Positions 29,934-39,500 of a DNA stretch of 64,000 nt are shown one piece after another. Every line of letters starts with the position of its first letter. Position 1 is the stretch's first letter. The stretch is from the IMG/VR virus record IMGVR_UViG_3300028840_008157; one strand, 5' to 3'. A program made the translations under genes and the position numbers. This DNA is from a virus (taxonomy: Duplodnaviria; Heunggongvirae; Uroviricota; Caudoviricetes). The notes below the pieces were generated by a model. It did no database searches and was not told where the DNA came from. It saw only the letters and a list, made by a program, of their open reading frames with translations.

Positions 29934-30677
29934 CTAGCTGCTGAAGGTCCTGCCCGTGTAGTTGAGCTTGACCAGGTGGATGTAGACCGGGGCGTCCAAC
30001 GTGTCATCCGCGTGCAACGCCGTTCTCCTGACGGAGATCATGAGTAGCTTGTTGGCCGCCAAGTCGGCCGGCGGGATGACCAGGTTGCTACCAGTCGTGT
30101 AGAGCTTGTCGGAGGCCAAGGCTTGCTGAATGTAGGACACGCTCCCGGCCGGATCGGTCATGTCCTCCCCGGGAAGAACCGCCTTGTGCTCCATGAACCA
30201 CCTGACCTGCGCGGGCTCGCCATTCGGGAAGGTCCAGTACGCCTGCACGTATATCGGAGTCCCCGCGACATAGTCCTTCGGGACGACCAACGTCCACTTG
30301 CTGCGGTGGTTGCATCCCTCCTCGAACACGAGGCTCGGGACGTCGTTGATGTCCTGGATGATCGCGGTGTCCTCGCCGCCATGGATGTCGACAGCGAGGT
30401 ACTTGGTTCCGGGGATGCCCGCGCCTGGCAGCTCGGCGTGAATGACGATCTGTTCCGGCCTCGCGTCGTAGGCGATGATCTCCAGGTACCCGATGTCGAC
30501 CGCGTTCTTGATGTTCGGGAATCGGTAGTACTCGTCCGGGATGATGAGGCAATCGCCGGCCTTTACGGATCTCCTGAACTGGCCCGCGGCCGCGAGCCAC
30601 TCGTATTCCGTGGAGCCGAGCACCTCGTTGGCGCTGACGTCCAGCCACCCCTCGAAGTTCTTTGCCAGGAGGATCAT
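29934..30677 (-). CDS. 247-aa protein whose C-terminal domain is paralogous to the C-terminal domain of fibre B
   Basis: Shared pattern W...VP.D...GT.IYV.A.W......VRW......GED.T......Q......L..TG.NL.I......A...L.....RT.....DTL......H.V...Y. Confidence 0.85.
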   Translation of the reverse strand: MILLAKNFEGWLDVSANEVLGSTEYEWLAAAGQFRRSVKAGDCLIIPDEYYRFPNIKNAVDIGYLEIIAYDARPEQIVIHAELPGAGIPGTKYLAVDIHGGEDTAIIQDINDVPSLVFEEGCNHRSKWTLVVPKDYVAGTPIYVQAYWTFPNGEPAQVRWFMEHKAVLPGEDMTDPAGSVSYIQQALASDKLYTTGSNLVIPPADLAANKLLMISVRRTALHADDTLDAPVYIHLVKLNYTGRTFSS

Positions 30678-30678
30678 G

Positions 30679-31419
30679 TTAGCCCTCCGGCATTACGAGG
30701 TCGTCCGTCACGCTTCGTTTGGTTGGAATGTACGTCGCGATCTGCTTCTCTGGATCGGCGGGCTCTATCGTGTTGTCCGGGTTCAGGTAGGTGGACATCT
30801 TGTTGATCCGGGGCTCGATCTCGCCCTCTATCGACGAGAGCCTCTTCCTCACGAGACGAGGGACCGTGTTCTGGAGGATGTCGTCTTCGATGACGTCCTG
30901 CCTCAATTCCCTCATCGCCCGCGAGACGCGCTCGTAGCACCGATGCGCGACGCGCTTGCTGTCCTTGCGGAAGTAGAAGTTGGCCCTGTACGCGTAGCGC
31001 CCGAGATACGTCTCCATGAGGTACGCCGAGACGCACCATACCTTGTCCTCCGGCTTCTGGAGAACGACGGAGCATAGGTAGTTCGGGTTGGCCGTGTCCC
31101 TGGAGACGAACGATATGGAGGACTCTCGGAACTCCGGCTTGTCGTCCGCGGCGGTCTTCACGGTCTCGGCCGACGAATCACCGTGGTGTCCCTCCGCCTT
31201 GACTTTTTCGGCCTCGGCGTCGTTCTTGTCCATAAGGTGGAGGTTGATTCTGTACTTTCCGGCGAAGCCCTGGTCGATGTGGACGTTGATCTCGTCGGTC
31301 GACGCCGTCCTGACCATTCGAGGGTTCAGCAAGGAAACGACTTCCCTCGCCTGGCGTGACACCTCGTCGCGCAGGGTCTTACGGAGCTTGGAATTCAGCG
31401 ATTCCAGGTACCAGTCCAC
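30679..31419 (-). CDS. hypothetical protein, 246 aa
   Basis: GTG start with GGAGG RBS; globular composition; no family recognised. Confidence 0.75.
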   Translation of the reverse strand: MDWYLESLNSKLRKTLRDEVSRQAREVVSLLNPRMVRTASTDEINVHIDQGFAGKYRINLHLMDKNDAEAEKVKAEGHHGDSSAETVKTAADDKPEFRESSISFVSRDTANPNYLCSVVLQKPEDKVWCVSAYLMETYLGRYAYRANFYFRKDSKRVAHRCYERVSRAMRELRQDVIEDDILQNTVPRLVRKRLSSIEGEIEPRINKMSTYLNPDNTIEPADPEKQIATYIPTKRSVTDDLVMPEG

Positions 31420-31445
31420 TCGGGAGCCTCCGACTCTCTGGTTGT

Positions 31446-31471
31446 CTTCTGAGGACGAGGCTCTTCATCCT
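31446..31471 (-). promoter_or_regulatory. candidate promoter AGGA-N18-GAAG upstream of 30679..31419
   Basis: Minus strand reads AAGGATG aagagcctcgtcc TCAGAAG; motif ends 26 nt before the start. Confidence 0.6.
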
Positions 31472-31477
31472 TGTTTC

Positions 31478-33703
31478 TCAGCCGCCCATCAACATGAGCC
31501 CCCATTGGCGGATCGCCGTCGTGGAAGCACCTCCGTCCCCTCCGGTCCCGGAGAAACCGGAGAAACCCGACACCTGAAGTCCGGAGAACCCGGATACCCC
31601 GGAATAACCAGAATAAGTCCCGGAGAAGCCGCTGGTTCCGCTGGTCCCTGACGTGCCGCTGAGGCCGGAGGTACCTGAGTAGGCGCTTGTTCCGCTGAAC
31701 CCTGACGTACCGCTGGTCCCTGACGTACCGCTGGTACCGGACGTACCGCTGGTACCGGACGTACCGCTTTCTCCGGTCCCGCTGAAGCCGGAAGTTCCCG
31801 ACGCCCCGGAGTATCCAGAATATGTTCCGGAGAAACCGCTGCTCCCGCTTAATCCGGAGAATCCTGACGTCCCCGAATATCCGCTCGTTCCCGACGTGCC
31901 GCTCGTCCCTGACGTGCCGGACATTCCGCTCGTCCCGCTCGTCCCGCTCGGCCCCGAGAAGCCGGACGTCCCGGACGTCCCGGACGTCCCGCTGTAGGCG
32001 GATGTCCCGCTGTAGCCGGACGTCCCGGATTGACCACTCGTACCGCTCGGTCCCGAGAAGCCGGACGTCGCGGAGGTTCCGCTGACGCCGCTGAGACCGC
32101 TGTAACCACTCTCCCCGCTATGGCCGCTGAATCCGCTCGTCCCGACTCCGCTATAGCCGCTCGTTCCCGACGTGCCGCTAAGGCTACTGAAGCCGCTCGT
32201 CCCAGACGTGCCCGATGATCCGCTATATCCAGACTGGCCGCTATCGCCTGTCCCTGAAAATCCGGAAACGCCGGAGAACGCGGACGTGCCACTCGTTCCG
32301 GAAAGGCTGCTGAACCCACTGACGCCGGAGTAAGCGCTGAAACCGCTGACGCCGGAATAGGCGCTGGTCCCGCTGGTCCCGCTGGTCCCGCTGTCGCCGG
32401 TTCCGCTAAACCCGGACGTTCCGCTATAAGCCGAGAACCCGCTCGTCCCGGAATGGCCTGACGCTCCGCTGGTCCCTGAGGTTCCGCTGTTCCCGGGCGT
32501 CCCGCTGGCCCCGCTATAGGCGGAAAATCCCGACGTACCGCTCGTTCCGGGTTCGCCTTCCAGTCCGCTAAAGCCACTGAACCCGCTAACGCCGGAATAT
32601 CCGCTCGTACCCGAGGTTCCGGATTGCCCCGAATAAGTCCCGCTGAAGCCGCTGAATCCGCTGGCTCCGGAATGACCGCTCGTCCCGGAGGTTCCTGCGT
32701 CGCCGCTAGATCCCGATGTCCCGCTGTACGCGCTGAACCCGCTGACGCCGGATTGGCCGCTCGTTCCAGACGTCCCCGACGCACCGGCCCCGCTCGTTCC
32801 GGAGTACGCGGAGAAGCCCGAAACGCCGCTATAGCCGCTCTCCCCGATCGAACCAGGAGTACCGCTATACGCGCTGAACCCGCTGGCTCCGGAATGACCA
32901 CTCGTCCCGGATTCCCCGATTCCACTGTGGCCGCTCGTTCCGGAGTACGCGGAGAAGCCCGAAACGCCGCTATAACCGGAAAAACCGCTAACGCCGCTCG
33001 GACCGCTCGGACCGCTCGGACCTGAAATCCCAATCTCGCCAGAAAAACCGCTCGTCCCGGACGCGCCGCTGAAGCCGCTGATGCCGCTGAGACCGGATTG
33101 TCCCGAGAAGGTCCCGCTGAAACCGCTGACGCCCGAAAAACCGGAAATGCCGCTATGGCCGCTCGTGCCGGAGTACGCGCTCGTTCCTGAATACGCGCTC
33201 GTCCCGGAGAAGCCCGACGTTCCCGAAATGCCGGAATAGGCGCTCGTCCCGGACATGCCTGACGCGCCTGACGTGCCGGAGAAGCCGCTCGTCCCCGACA
33301 TACCCGATAGCGACGAGAAACCGCTTACGCCGGAATACGCCGAGGTCCCGCTATAGCCGCTCTCGCCGGAAGTACCGCTCGCCCCGCTGACGCCGGAGGT
33401 CCCGCTGGTCCCGACACCGCTCGACCCAGAGAAGCCACTCTCGCCGGAATGGGCGCTCGTCCCGGACGCCCCTGAAAAACCAGAAAACCCACTCGCCCCG
33501 GAGAGTCCCGAGATTCCAGAATAAGTCCCGCTGAAGCCGCTAACGCCGGACCATCCGCTCGTCCCGGACGTCCCGCTGGTTCCGGAGTACGCGCTGGTCC
33601 CGGAATAACCGGACGTTCCGGACGTGCCGGACGTCCCCGAGAACCCACTGGTCCCGGAGAAACCGGACTTCCCAGATGCGCCTACTGGATATGCACTGCC
33701 CAT
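31478..33703 (-). CDS. Gly-Xaa-Ser repeat protein C, 741 aa, almost entirely repeat, with very short termini
   Basis: Sequence is MGSAYPVG-(SGX)n-GDGGASTTAIRQWGLMLMGG; GAGG RBS upstream. Confidence 0.85.
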   Translation of the reverse strand: MGSAYPVGASGKSGFSGTSGFSGTSGTSGTSGYSGTSAYSGTSGTSGTSGWSGVSGFSGTYSGISGLSGASGFSGFSGASGTSAHSGESGFSGSSGVGTSGTSGVSGASGTSGESGYSGTSAYSGVSGFSSLSGMSGTSGFSGTSGASGMSGTSAYSGISGTSGFSGTSAYSGTSAYSGTSGHSGISGFSGVSGFSGTFSGQSGLSGISGFSGASGTSGFSGEIGISGPSGPSGPSGVSGFSGYSGVSGFSAYSGTSGHSGIGESGTSGHSGASGFSAYSGTPGSIGESGYSGVSGFSAYSGTSGAGASGTSGTSGQSGVSGFSAYSGTSGSSGDAGTSGTSGHSGASGFSGFSGTYSGQSGTSGTSGYSGVSGFSGFSGLEGEPGTSGTSGFSAYSGASGTPGNSGTSGTSGASGHSGTSGFSAYSGTSGFSGTGDSGTSGTSGTSAYSGVSGFSAYSGVSGFSSLSGTSGTSAFSGVSGFSGTGDSGQSGYSGSSGTSGTSGFSSLSGTSGTSGYSGVGTSGFSGHSGESGYSGLSGVSGTSATSGFSGPSGTSGQSGTSGYSGTSAYSGTSGTSGTSGFSGPSGTSGTSGMSGTSGTSGTSGTSGYSGTSGFSGLSGSSGFSGTYSGYSGASGTSGFSGTGESGTSGTSGTSGTSGTSGTSGTSGFSGTSAYSGTSGLSGTSGTSGTSGFSGTYSGYSGVSGFSGLQVSGFSGFSGTGGDGGASTTAIRQWGLMLMGG

Positions 33704-33727
33704 TTAACGTCCTCGACCTTATTCTCT

Positions 33728-33753
33728 GTTCTCAGGTCTCGAAAATAGTTCCT
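33728..33753 (-). promoter_or_regulatory. candidate promoter AGGA-N18-GAAC upstream of 31478..33703
   Basis: Minus strand reads TAGGAAC tattttcgagacc TGAGAAC. The upstream box overlaps the TAG of the previous gene, and the motif ends 24 nt before the ATG. Confidence 0.55.
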
Positions 33754-34645
33754 ACCAGAAGACGGTTACGGTGCAATATCCGCCTCCGCCGTTGCCACCT
33801 GCTCCTCCTGCGGTACCCGTGCCGCCTCCGCCGCCGCCTGACGCATACCCCCCATTCCCTCCTCTTGCTCCCGTTGCAGAGGCGTTCCCGCCGCCACCTC
33901 CGCCGCCTTTGAACGCGGTACCGCCGGCCGATCCTTGGGTTCCAACAGCCCCGCCTGCGCCTCCTCCTCCTGTAGCAAACGTCGTTTGCATGCCTCCAGC
34001 CTTTCCAGCCGCGGCGACTCCCTCCGTCACGTAGCCCCCAGAACCACCGCCTGCGCCTCCGTACATCGAACCGCCGCCTGCGAAGTTAACGGCAGCGTTG
34101 GAGACGCCACCACCGCCTCCGCCCCATTCGGCTCCCCCGACGGCCTTGTTGTCGTTGTAGTCGGTGTAGTTTACAGAACAGCCGCCCCAGATATCACCTC
34201 CTGCCCCCGTATTCAAGTACGGCAATCCCCTTGTTCCAGTTCCTGCCCCCACAGGCGAGCCGCCCGTCCCAGCACCGATTCCTGGAATACGTTCGTCTCC
34301 TCCTCCTCCCCCATAAGCGATCACGTAGCTCCCGAAGCTGGAATTGCCCCCAGCGGTACCATTCGCAAAGGTCGTCGCCCCTCCAGTTCCTCCTGCTCCA
34401 ATCGTGATCAAAACGCGCCGTGGAAGCTGCGAAGCGAGGAGGTATTTGACCACCATGCTTCCTCCTCCACCTCCGCCTCCTCCGTAGGAGTTTCCGCTGC
34501 GCCCGCCAGAACCTCCTCCTCCAGCTCCCCATATCACGACCTTGATGGCCTTGGCCCTCCAAGGCTTGTACCACCAATACGATCCCGCGTAGGCATAAAT
34601 GCCAAACCAGGACAACCAGCGTCTTCTCCATCTTCGTCTTGCCAT
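33752..34645 (-). CDS. glycine-rich adhesin-like protein 3 (phage Gly-rich domain), ~297 aa
   Basis: ATG at 34645 overlaps the upstream TGA (ATGA). Contains YWWYKPWRAKAIKVVIWGAGGGG, multiple GGGGG runs, and C-terminal GGGGYCTVTVFW. Confidence 0.8.
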   Translation of the reverse strand: MARRRWRRRWLSWFGIYAYAGSYWWYKPWRAKAIKVVIWGAGGGGSGGRSGNSYGGGGGGGGSMVVKYLLASQLPRRVLITIGAGGTGGATTFANGTAGGNSSFGSYVIAYGGGGGDERIPGIGAGTGGSPVGAGTGTRGLPYLNTGAGGDIWGGCSVNYTDYNDNKAVGGAEWGGGGGGVSNAAVNFAGGGSMYGGAGGGSGGYVTEGVAAAGKAGGMQTTFATGGGGAGGAVGTQGSAGGTAFKGGGGGGGNASATGARGGNGGYASGGGGGGTGTAGGAGGNGGGGYCTVTVFW

Positions 34646-35565
34646 CAGAACACCGAGATTACCATTATGTAGCCGTCGCCTCCGTCTCCGCCAACGCCAC
34701 CAGTTGTTCCAGCGCCGCCTCCTCCGCCTCCTCCTCCGCAAAGACCTCCGTTGCCGCCTGCCCCGCCGACACCAGAGTCGTTACCGCCTCCGCCTCCACC
34801 ACCTGCTCCGCCTTTCGTAGAGCCGCCGTTCTCTCCGTCTGTTCCGTCCGAACCGCCCGTTGCTCCACCGCTGCCTCCTCCTCCAGCCGTGTAGCTGAGG
34901 CATGCGCCTCCTGCGGCCCCTGCGGCTTCTACATGGGAACCATTGACGTATCCGCCCGCTCCGCCGCCTGCGCCCGCTCTAAGTGAACTACCACCTTTGC
35001 GAACATAGTTGTCGGAAGCGCAGGAACCGCCAGGCGCTCCCCCACGGTCGGAGGAGTAGGGGTCGCCTGTTATCGGCGAAACGGGGTCTACCCCCTGACC
35101 CGCGTTCCCGTCTGTTAGCGCCACGGGCCTGCCACCCGTTGTTCCGCTGGCGTTTCCCCCAGCCCCTGCGCCGCCTCCACCGACGCCACCATTTGCCGTC
35201 GATTGTCCTCCAGCGCCAGCATATGCGACAACGTAGGAACCAAAGCTGCTTTCGGTTCCTGCGGAGCCATCGTTTCCCGCCGTTCCTCCAGCGCCTCCCG
35301 TCCCAACGGTCACCGTGATCTTCCAAGGAAGTACCCATCCTACGAGATGGACGACCTTGTAGGTTCCCCCTCCTCCCCCTGCCCCTCCTCCTATACTGTC
35401 TGGGCCGCTTTCCCCGCCACCGCCACCGCCGCCTGCCCCATACGCGATGACGGTGACTTGCTTAGCCCACCAGTTTCGACGCCACGTATAGGTTCCCGCG
35501 CTCGAATAGACGCTGACCGCGACGTATCGATGTAGACCAAAGAGCGAAGAAGCGCGTCTTGCCAT
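34645..35565 (-). CDS. glycine-rich adhesin-like protein 2, 306 aa
   Basis: YTWRRNWWAKQVTVIAYGAGGGG ... GDGGDGYIMVISVF; paralog of both neighbours. Confidence 0.85.
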   Translation of the reverse strand: MARRASSLFGLHRYVAVSVYSSAGTYTWRRNWWAKQVTVIAYGAGGGGGGGESGPDSIGGGAGGGGGTYKVVHLVGWVLPWKITVTVGTGGAGGTAGNDGSAGTESSFGSYVVAYAGAGGQSTANGGVGGGGAGAGGNASGTTGGRPVALTDGNAGQGVDPVSPITGDPYSSDRGGAPGGSCASDNYVRKGGSSLRAGAGGGAGGYVNGSHVEAAGAAGGACLSYTAGGGGSGGATGGSDGTDGENGGSTKGGAGGGGGGGNDSGVGGAGGNGGLCGGGGGGGGAGTTGGVGGDGGDGYIMVISVF

Positions 35566-35574
35566 AGTTGATCC

Positions 35575-36528
35575 CTAGAACGCTATCACCATGCAATATC
35601 CATCTCCGCCAGCTCCTCCGCTGCCAGCCGTTATCCCGCCGCCACCACCACCGCCTCCTCCTCCAGCGCGTCCCCCATTGCCACCGTTGCCCGCTGTTCC
35701 TGACGCGTTTCCGCCACCACCGCCGCCACCGCTTCCTCCGATGCCTCCGTAGCCGTTCGTCCCTGCGGTTCCGTTGGAACCGACCGCTCCCCCGCTTCCT
35801 CCGCCAGCCGATCCACGACCTGAAAGCCAGTACTCATTGGATGCCCCGCCTGTCCCGCCTGCGCCGTTGGTGTTGTCGAATTTGGCCCAGCCACCTGAAC
35901 CGCCACCGCCACCGCCATAAATGGAGCTTCCTCCGTCTTGGCTGGACTGGTAATATCCACCACCTCCAGAGCCACCTCCCCATTCTGAACTAAAACCATT
36001 TGATGCGGCAAGTCCCCTTACTCCTTGCCATCCAGCACCGCCGCTTGAGCCAGTTTCGGGTCCTGCTGGGTCTCCGCTAGTGGACAGGTTCGCTCCGCTG
36101 TCTCCACCAGCCCCGCCGCCACCATCGCAAACCGTCGTCGCGCCCTCGTTCAAAGGATTTTCACCGCCTCCTCCTCCGTAGGCGACAACATACGATCCAA
36201 AACTACTTGGCCCTCCGTTCGCTCCGTTCGCCTGGATTCCACCACCTGAGCCTCCCGCGCCGATAGTAACGGTAACGGTATCTGTCAAGTCCGCAGCATT
36301 GAATTGTTCTTGTTTGCAGCCGCCACCACCGCCGCCTCCGCCGCCAGATCTAGACGTACCAGATCCGTCTGACCTACCGCCTGCTCCGCCGCCGCCTGCG
36401 CCGTAAATAACGACGATGACTTGCTTAGCCCAGTACGGCTTTGTCCACTCATACTCATCGGCGGCTTCATAGACCTGGACGTCTGAGAACTCGGCGCTCC
36501 CAAGGTATGTACTCGCACGAATGGGCAT
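35575..36528 (-). CDS. glycine-rich adhesin-like protein 1, 317 aa
   Basis: YEWTKPYWAKQVIVVIYGAGGGG ... GAGGDGYCMVIAF. Confidence 0.85.
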   Translation of the reverse strand: MPIRASTYLGSAEFSDVQVYEAADEYEWTKPYWAKQVIVVIYGAGGGGAGGRSDGSGTSRSGGGGGGGGGCKQEQFNAADLTDTVTVTIGAGGSGGGIQANGANGGPSSFGSYVVAYGGGGGENPLNEGATTVCDGGGGAGGDSGANLSTSGDPAGPETGSSGGAGWQGVRGLAASNGFSSEWGGGSGGGGYYQSSQDGGSSIYGGGGGGSGGWAKFDNTNGAGGTGGASNEYWLSGRGSAGGGSGGAVGSNGTAGTNGYGGIGGSGGGGGGGNASGTAGNGGNGGRAGGGGGGGGGGITAGSGGAGGDGYCMVIAF

Positions 36529-39500
36529 TATTCATCGTCCTTGCCACGCGGATCGATCCATCCCACCGTGTTGATGATCCCAGATATCCCCGTCGAGCTT
36601 CCGGTATGCTTGATCTGCGCCGACGTGTCGGTATAGGCGACCGCGACGGGGACCCGCATCCACGTGCTGGCGGGAGCCGTGGTGACGATACCTTGCGGGG
36701 CCGCCCCGGTGGCGTCGTAGCTCGTCGTGTAGTAATACTTGCTCGTGTCCGCGGACCAGCCTTGTATCGCGTGCCTCGCGCCGACCACGACGCCGGTCGG
36801 GACGGTCAACGTCACGGCCGTCAGGCTGTTGTTGGGGGCCGCGGCGCTGTAGTCCGAAACCGCGGCGTTCCAGTCGAACCGGTCTCCATACTGGTAGAAG
36901 GTCGTGATGTTGCCGCTGCCGTCGGTCAGGATCGCCCCGATGCGCCTCTTGATGTCGTAGTTGGCCGGCATCGTCGGCGCGGTCGCGGAGATCGAGAACA
37001 GGGCGTCCACGACGTTCGTGTCCGATCTCTTGATCAGCCAGACATGGTACCAGGTTGAGTTGGCCTTGGAACCAGTATCCAACCCTCCAAGCCCAGTTCC
37101 CACGGCCCACGCGGCGTCCAAGCGCTTGGTCAGCCCCTCGGCCAAGATCAGGTCGGCCGAGTCCCCGTCGTCCCTGCACGATCCGACGGAGATGTCGATG
37201 TCGTTATTTGGGTCGCCAACGTTGTTGCTGAGGACAAGCCCGTCTATGTACCCCCTTGGCATGGAGACGCCGGCCGACTCGTCCATGTACGGGTTGAACA
37301 TCCATCCCTCGTCGGCGCCCGTATAGACGAACTCGAAGGTCATCTGGTTCAAGTCGCACAGGAGGTCCTCGGCTTCGCCCTGGATGTTGTTGCCGTTGCG
37401 GGCTACCGTCAGGTTGTTCTCCGAGAACGAGGACGTGGCGTCGGACACCGCAACGATGTCGCCGACGCTCGGGCTTTCTGGCAGCGTGAGCGTCCACGCG
37501 CCGCCGCTGGTATCGGCGAGGATGCCCTCGAAGGAGTTAGCCGTGTAATTGGCCGACTTGGAAATCCACGTCACGCCTCCGCCAGTGGTCCCCGAGAACC
37601 CGCTGGTCCCGGAGAAACCGGAGATTCCAGTCTCCCCGGCGTCCCCCGAGAACCCGGAGTAACCGGAGTCGGGACCGCCCGCGCCGATCAGGCCGCGCAT
37701 GTTCACGACGAATCCCGTCGTCGTCCCCGTGGCGATCAGTATGGGCTTGCTGACCTCGGTTCCGCCGATCGGTTCCGTCGTCGTGATCTGGCCGGCGACG
37801 TCCTTGGAGACGTAGTAGACCGACGCGTCGGTCAAGCCCGATAGCCCGCTTATGTACCCGGCAAGAACGATCGTGAAGTCGTCCCCGTCAACGGACTCGA
37901 CGATGCCCACGGCCTCGGCCGTCGCCTCCGCGTCGGCCTTGGCCAGCTCGAACGAGCCTGACGCCCTATAGACGACGTTTTGGACGGCGAATCCATGCCC
38001 GGCCTGGGTGAAGGTCCTCTTGACCGTCTCTCCGGCCCCGACGTTGAATCCAGAGAACCCGGAGAAGCCGGAGTCGCCCGTCGCGCCGGTCGGGCCAAGG
38101 GCACCCGAGATTCCCGAGTAACCCGACTCGCCCGCCTCGCCAGGAGCTCCGGAGAACCCCGAATAGGCGCTGACCCCGGACTCGCCGGAGTAGGCACTGA
38201 ACCCCGAATAGGCGCTGACGCCTGACGCTCCGGAGTAGGCTGACGCCCCGCTCGTACCGGAAGGCGCCGAATATCCGCTGAATCCGGATGTACCTTCAAG
38301 GCCTTCAATGCCGCTGAACCCGGACGCTCCTTGCGTTCCCGCGGTACCGCTGAAGCCGGAATCGCCTATGGTTCCGTCGGCGCCGCTGAACCCGCTCGCC
38401 CCGGAGTAGGACGAGAATCCGCTGGTACCCGAGTAGGAGCTGAATCCGCTCGTTCCTGACGTTCCACTTGCTCCAGCGGAACCAGAAAATCCTGACGTCC
38501 CGCTCTTCCCGGAATACCCGCTCGCTCCCGATTTCCCGGAGTAACCGCTCGCCCCGGAGTAGGAGGTCATCCACAACCAACCATTGATGCCTCCGTCGGC
38601 GTCCTTCTGGGTTACGAGAACCCACTCGCCGCCAGCGGTCAAGGTTACTTTGGTTTCCAGGGAGAAATCGTGTTGAACGGCAAAGGTAACATCCGAGTCC
38701 GAGGATTCGTTCCTGCGAATTATGCAGTTGAAACCGTCAGGCAACGAGCTTGTCGGGAACATGTTGGGTGTCTTGATGCGAACCGACCCGCCGGACGCTG
38801 TAACGTCGAGAACATGATGATGATCCGCCAACGATAGGGTTTGATTGCTGTTATATTCCGTCGTAAGCCAATAACAGGTCGCCGAGAACCCGCTGACTCC
38901 CGATTCACCCTCCCCGGAATAACCGCTGCTCCCTGAATAGGCCGAGAACCCGCTCGTACCGGAGTAAGCGCTGAACCCGGACGTTCCGCTGAATCCGCTT
39001 GGTCCGCTCGGCCCGGATTCCCCCGCTTGTCCGCTGAACCCGCTAGTCCCGGACGCCCCGCTGGCGCCTGCCGTACCGGCTACGCCGGACTCTCCGGAAT
39101 ATCCGCTGAATCCGCTGCTTCCTGGGCCGCCAGCTTGGGCCGAGAAACCCGACAATCCGGAGTATCCCGACGATCCCGAGGTGCCGCTGGTTCCGCTCGT
39201 GCCGGAAGTTCCCGATTCCCCGGTCCCTGAATAACCGCTGACGCCAGACCACCCGCTTGTCCCGGATGATCCTTGTTCACCTGACGAGCCAGAGAATCCG
39301 GAGGTGCCGGAGGATCCAGATGTACCGCTCGTTCCCGATTCCCCGGTCCCGGAATAACCGCTGACGCCAGACCAACCGCTCGTCCCGGACGTCCCCGGTC
39401 CGCCAGCCTGGGCGGAGAATCCAGACAAGCCGGAGTATCCCGAAGAACCAGAAGTACCGCTCGTTCCGGATTCTCCGACCCCGGAATGGCCGCTGAATCC

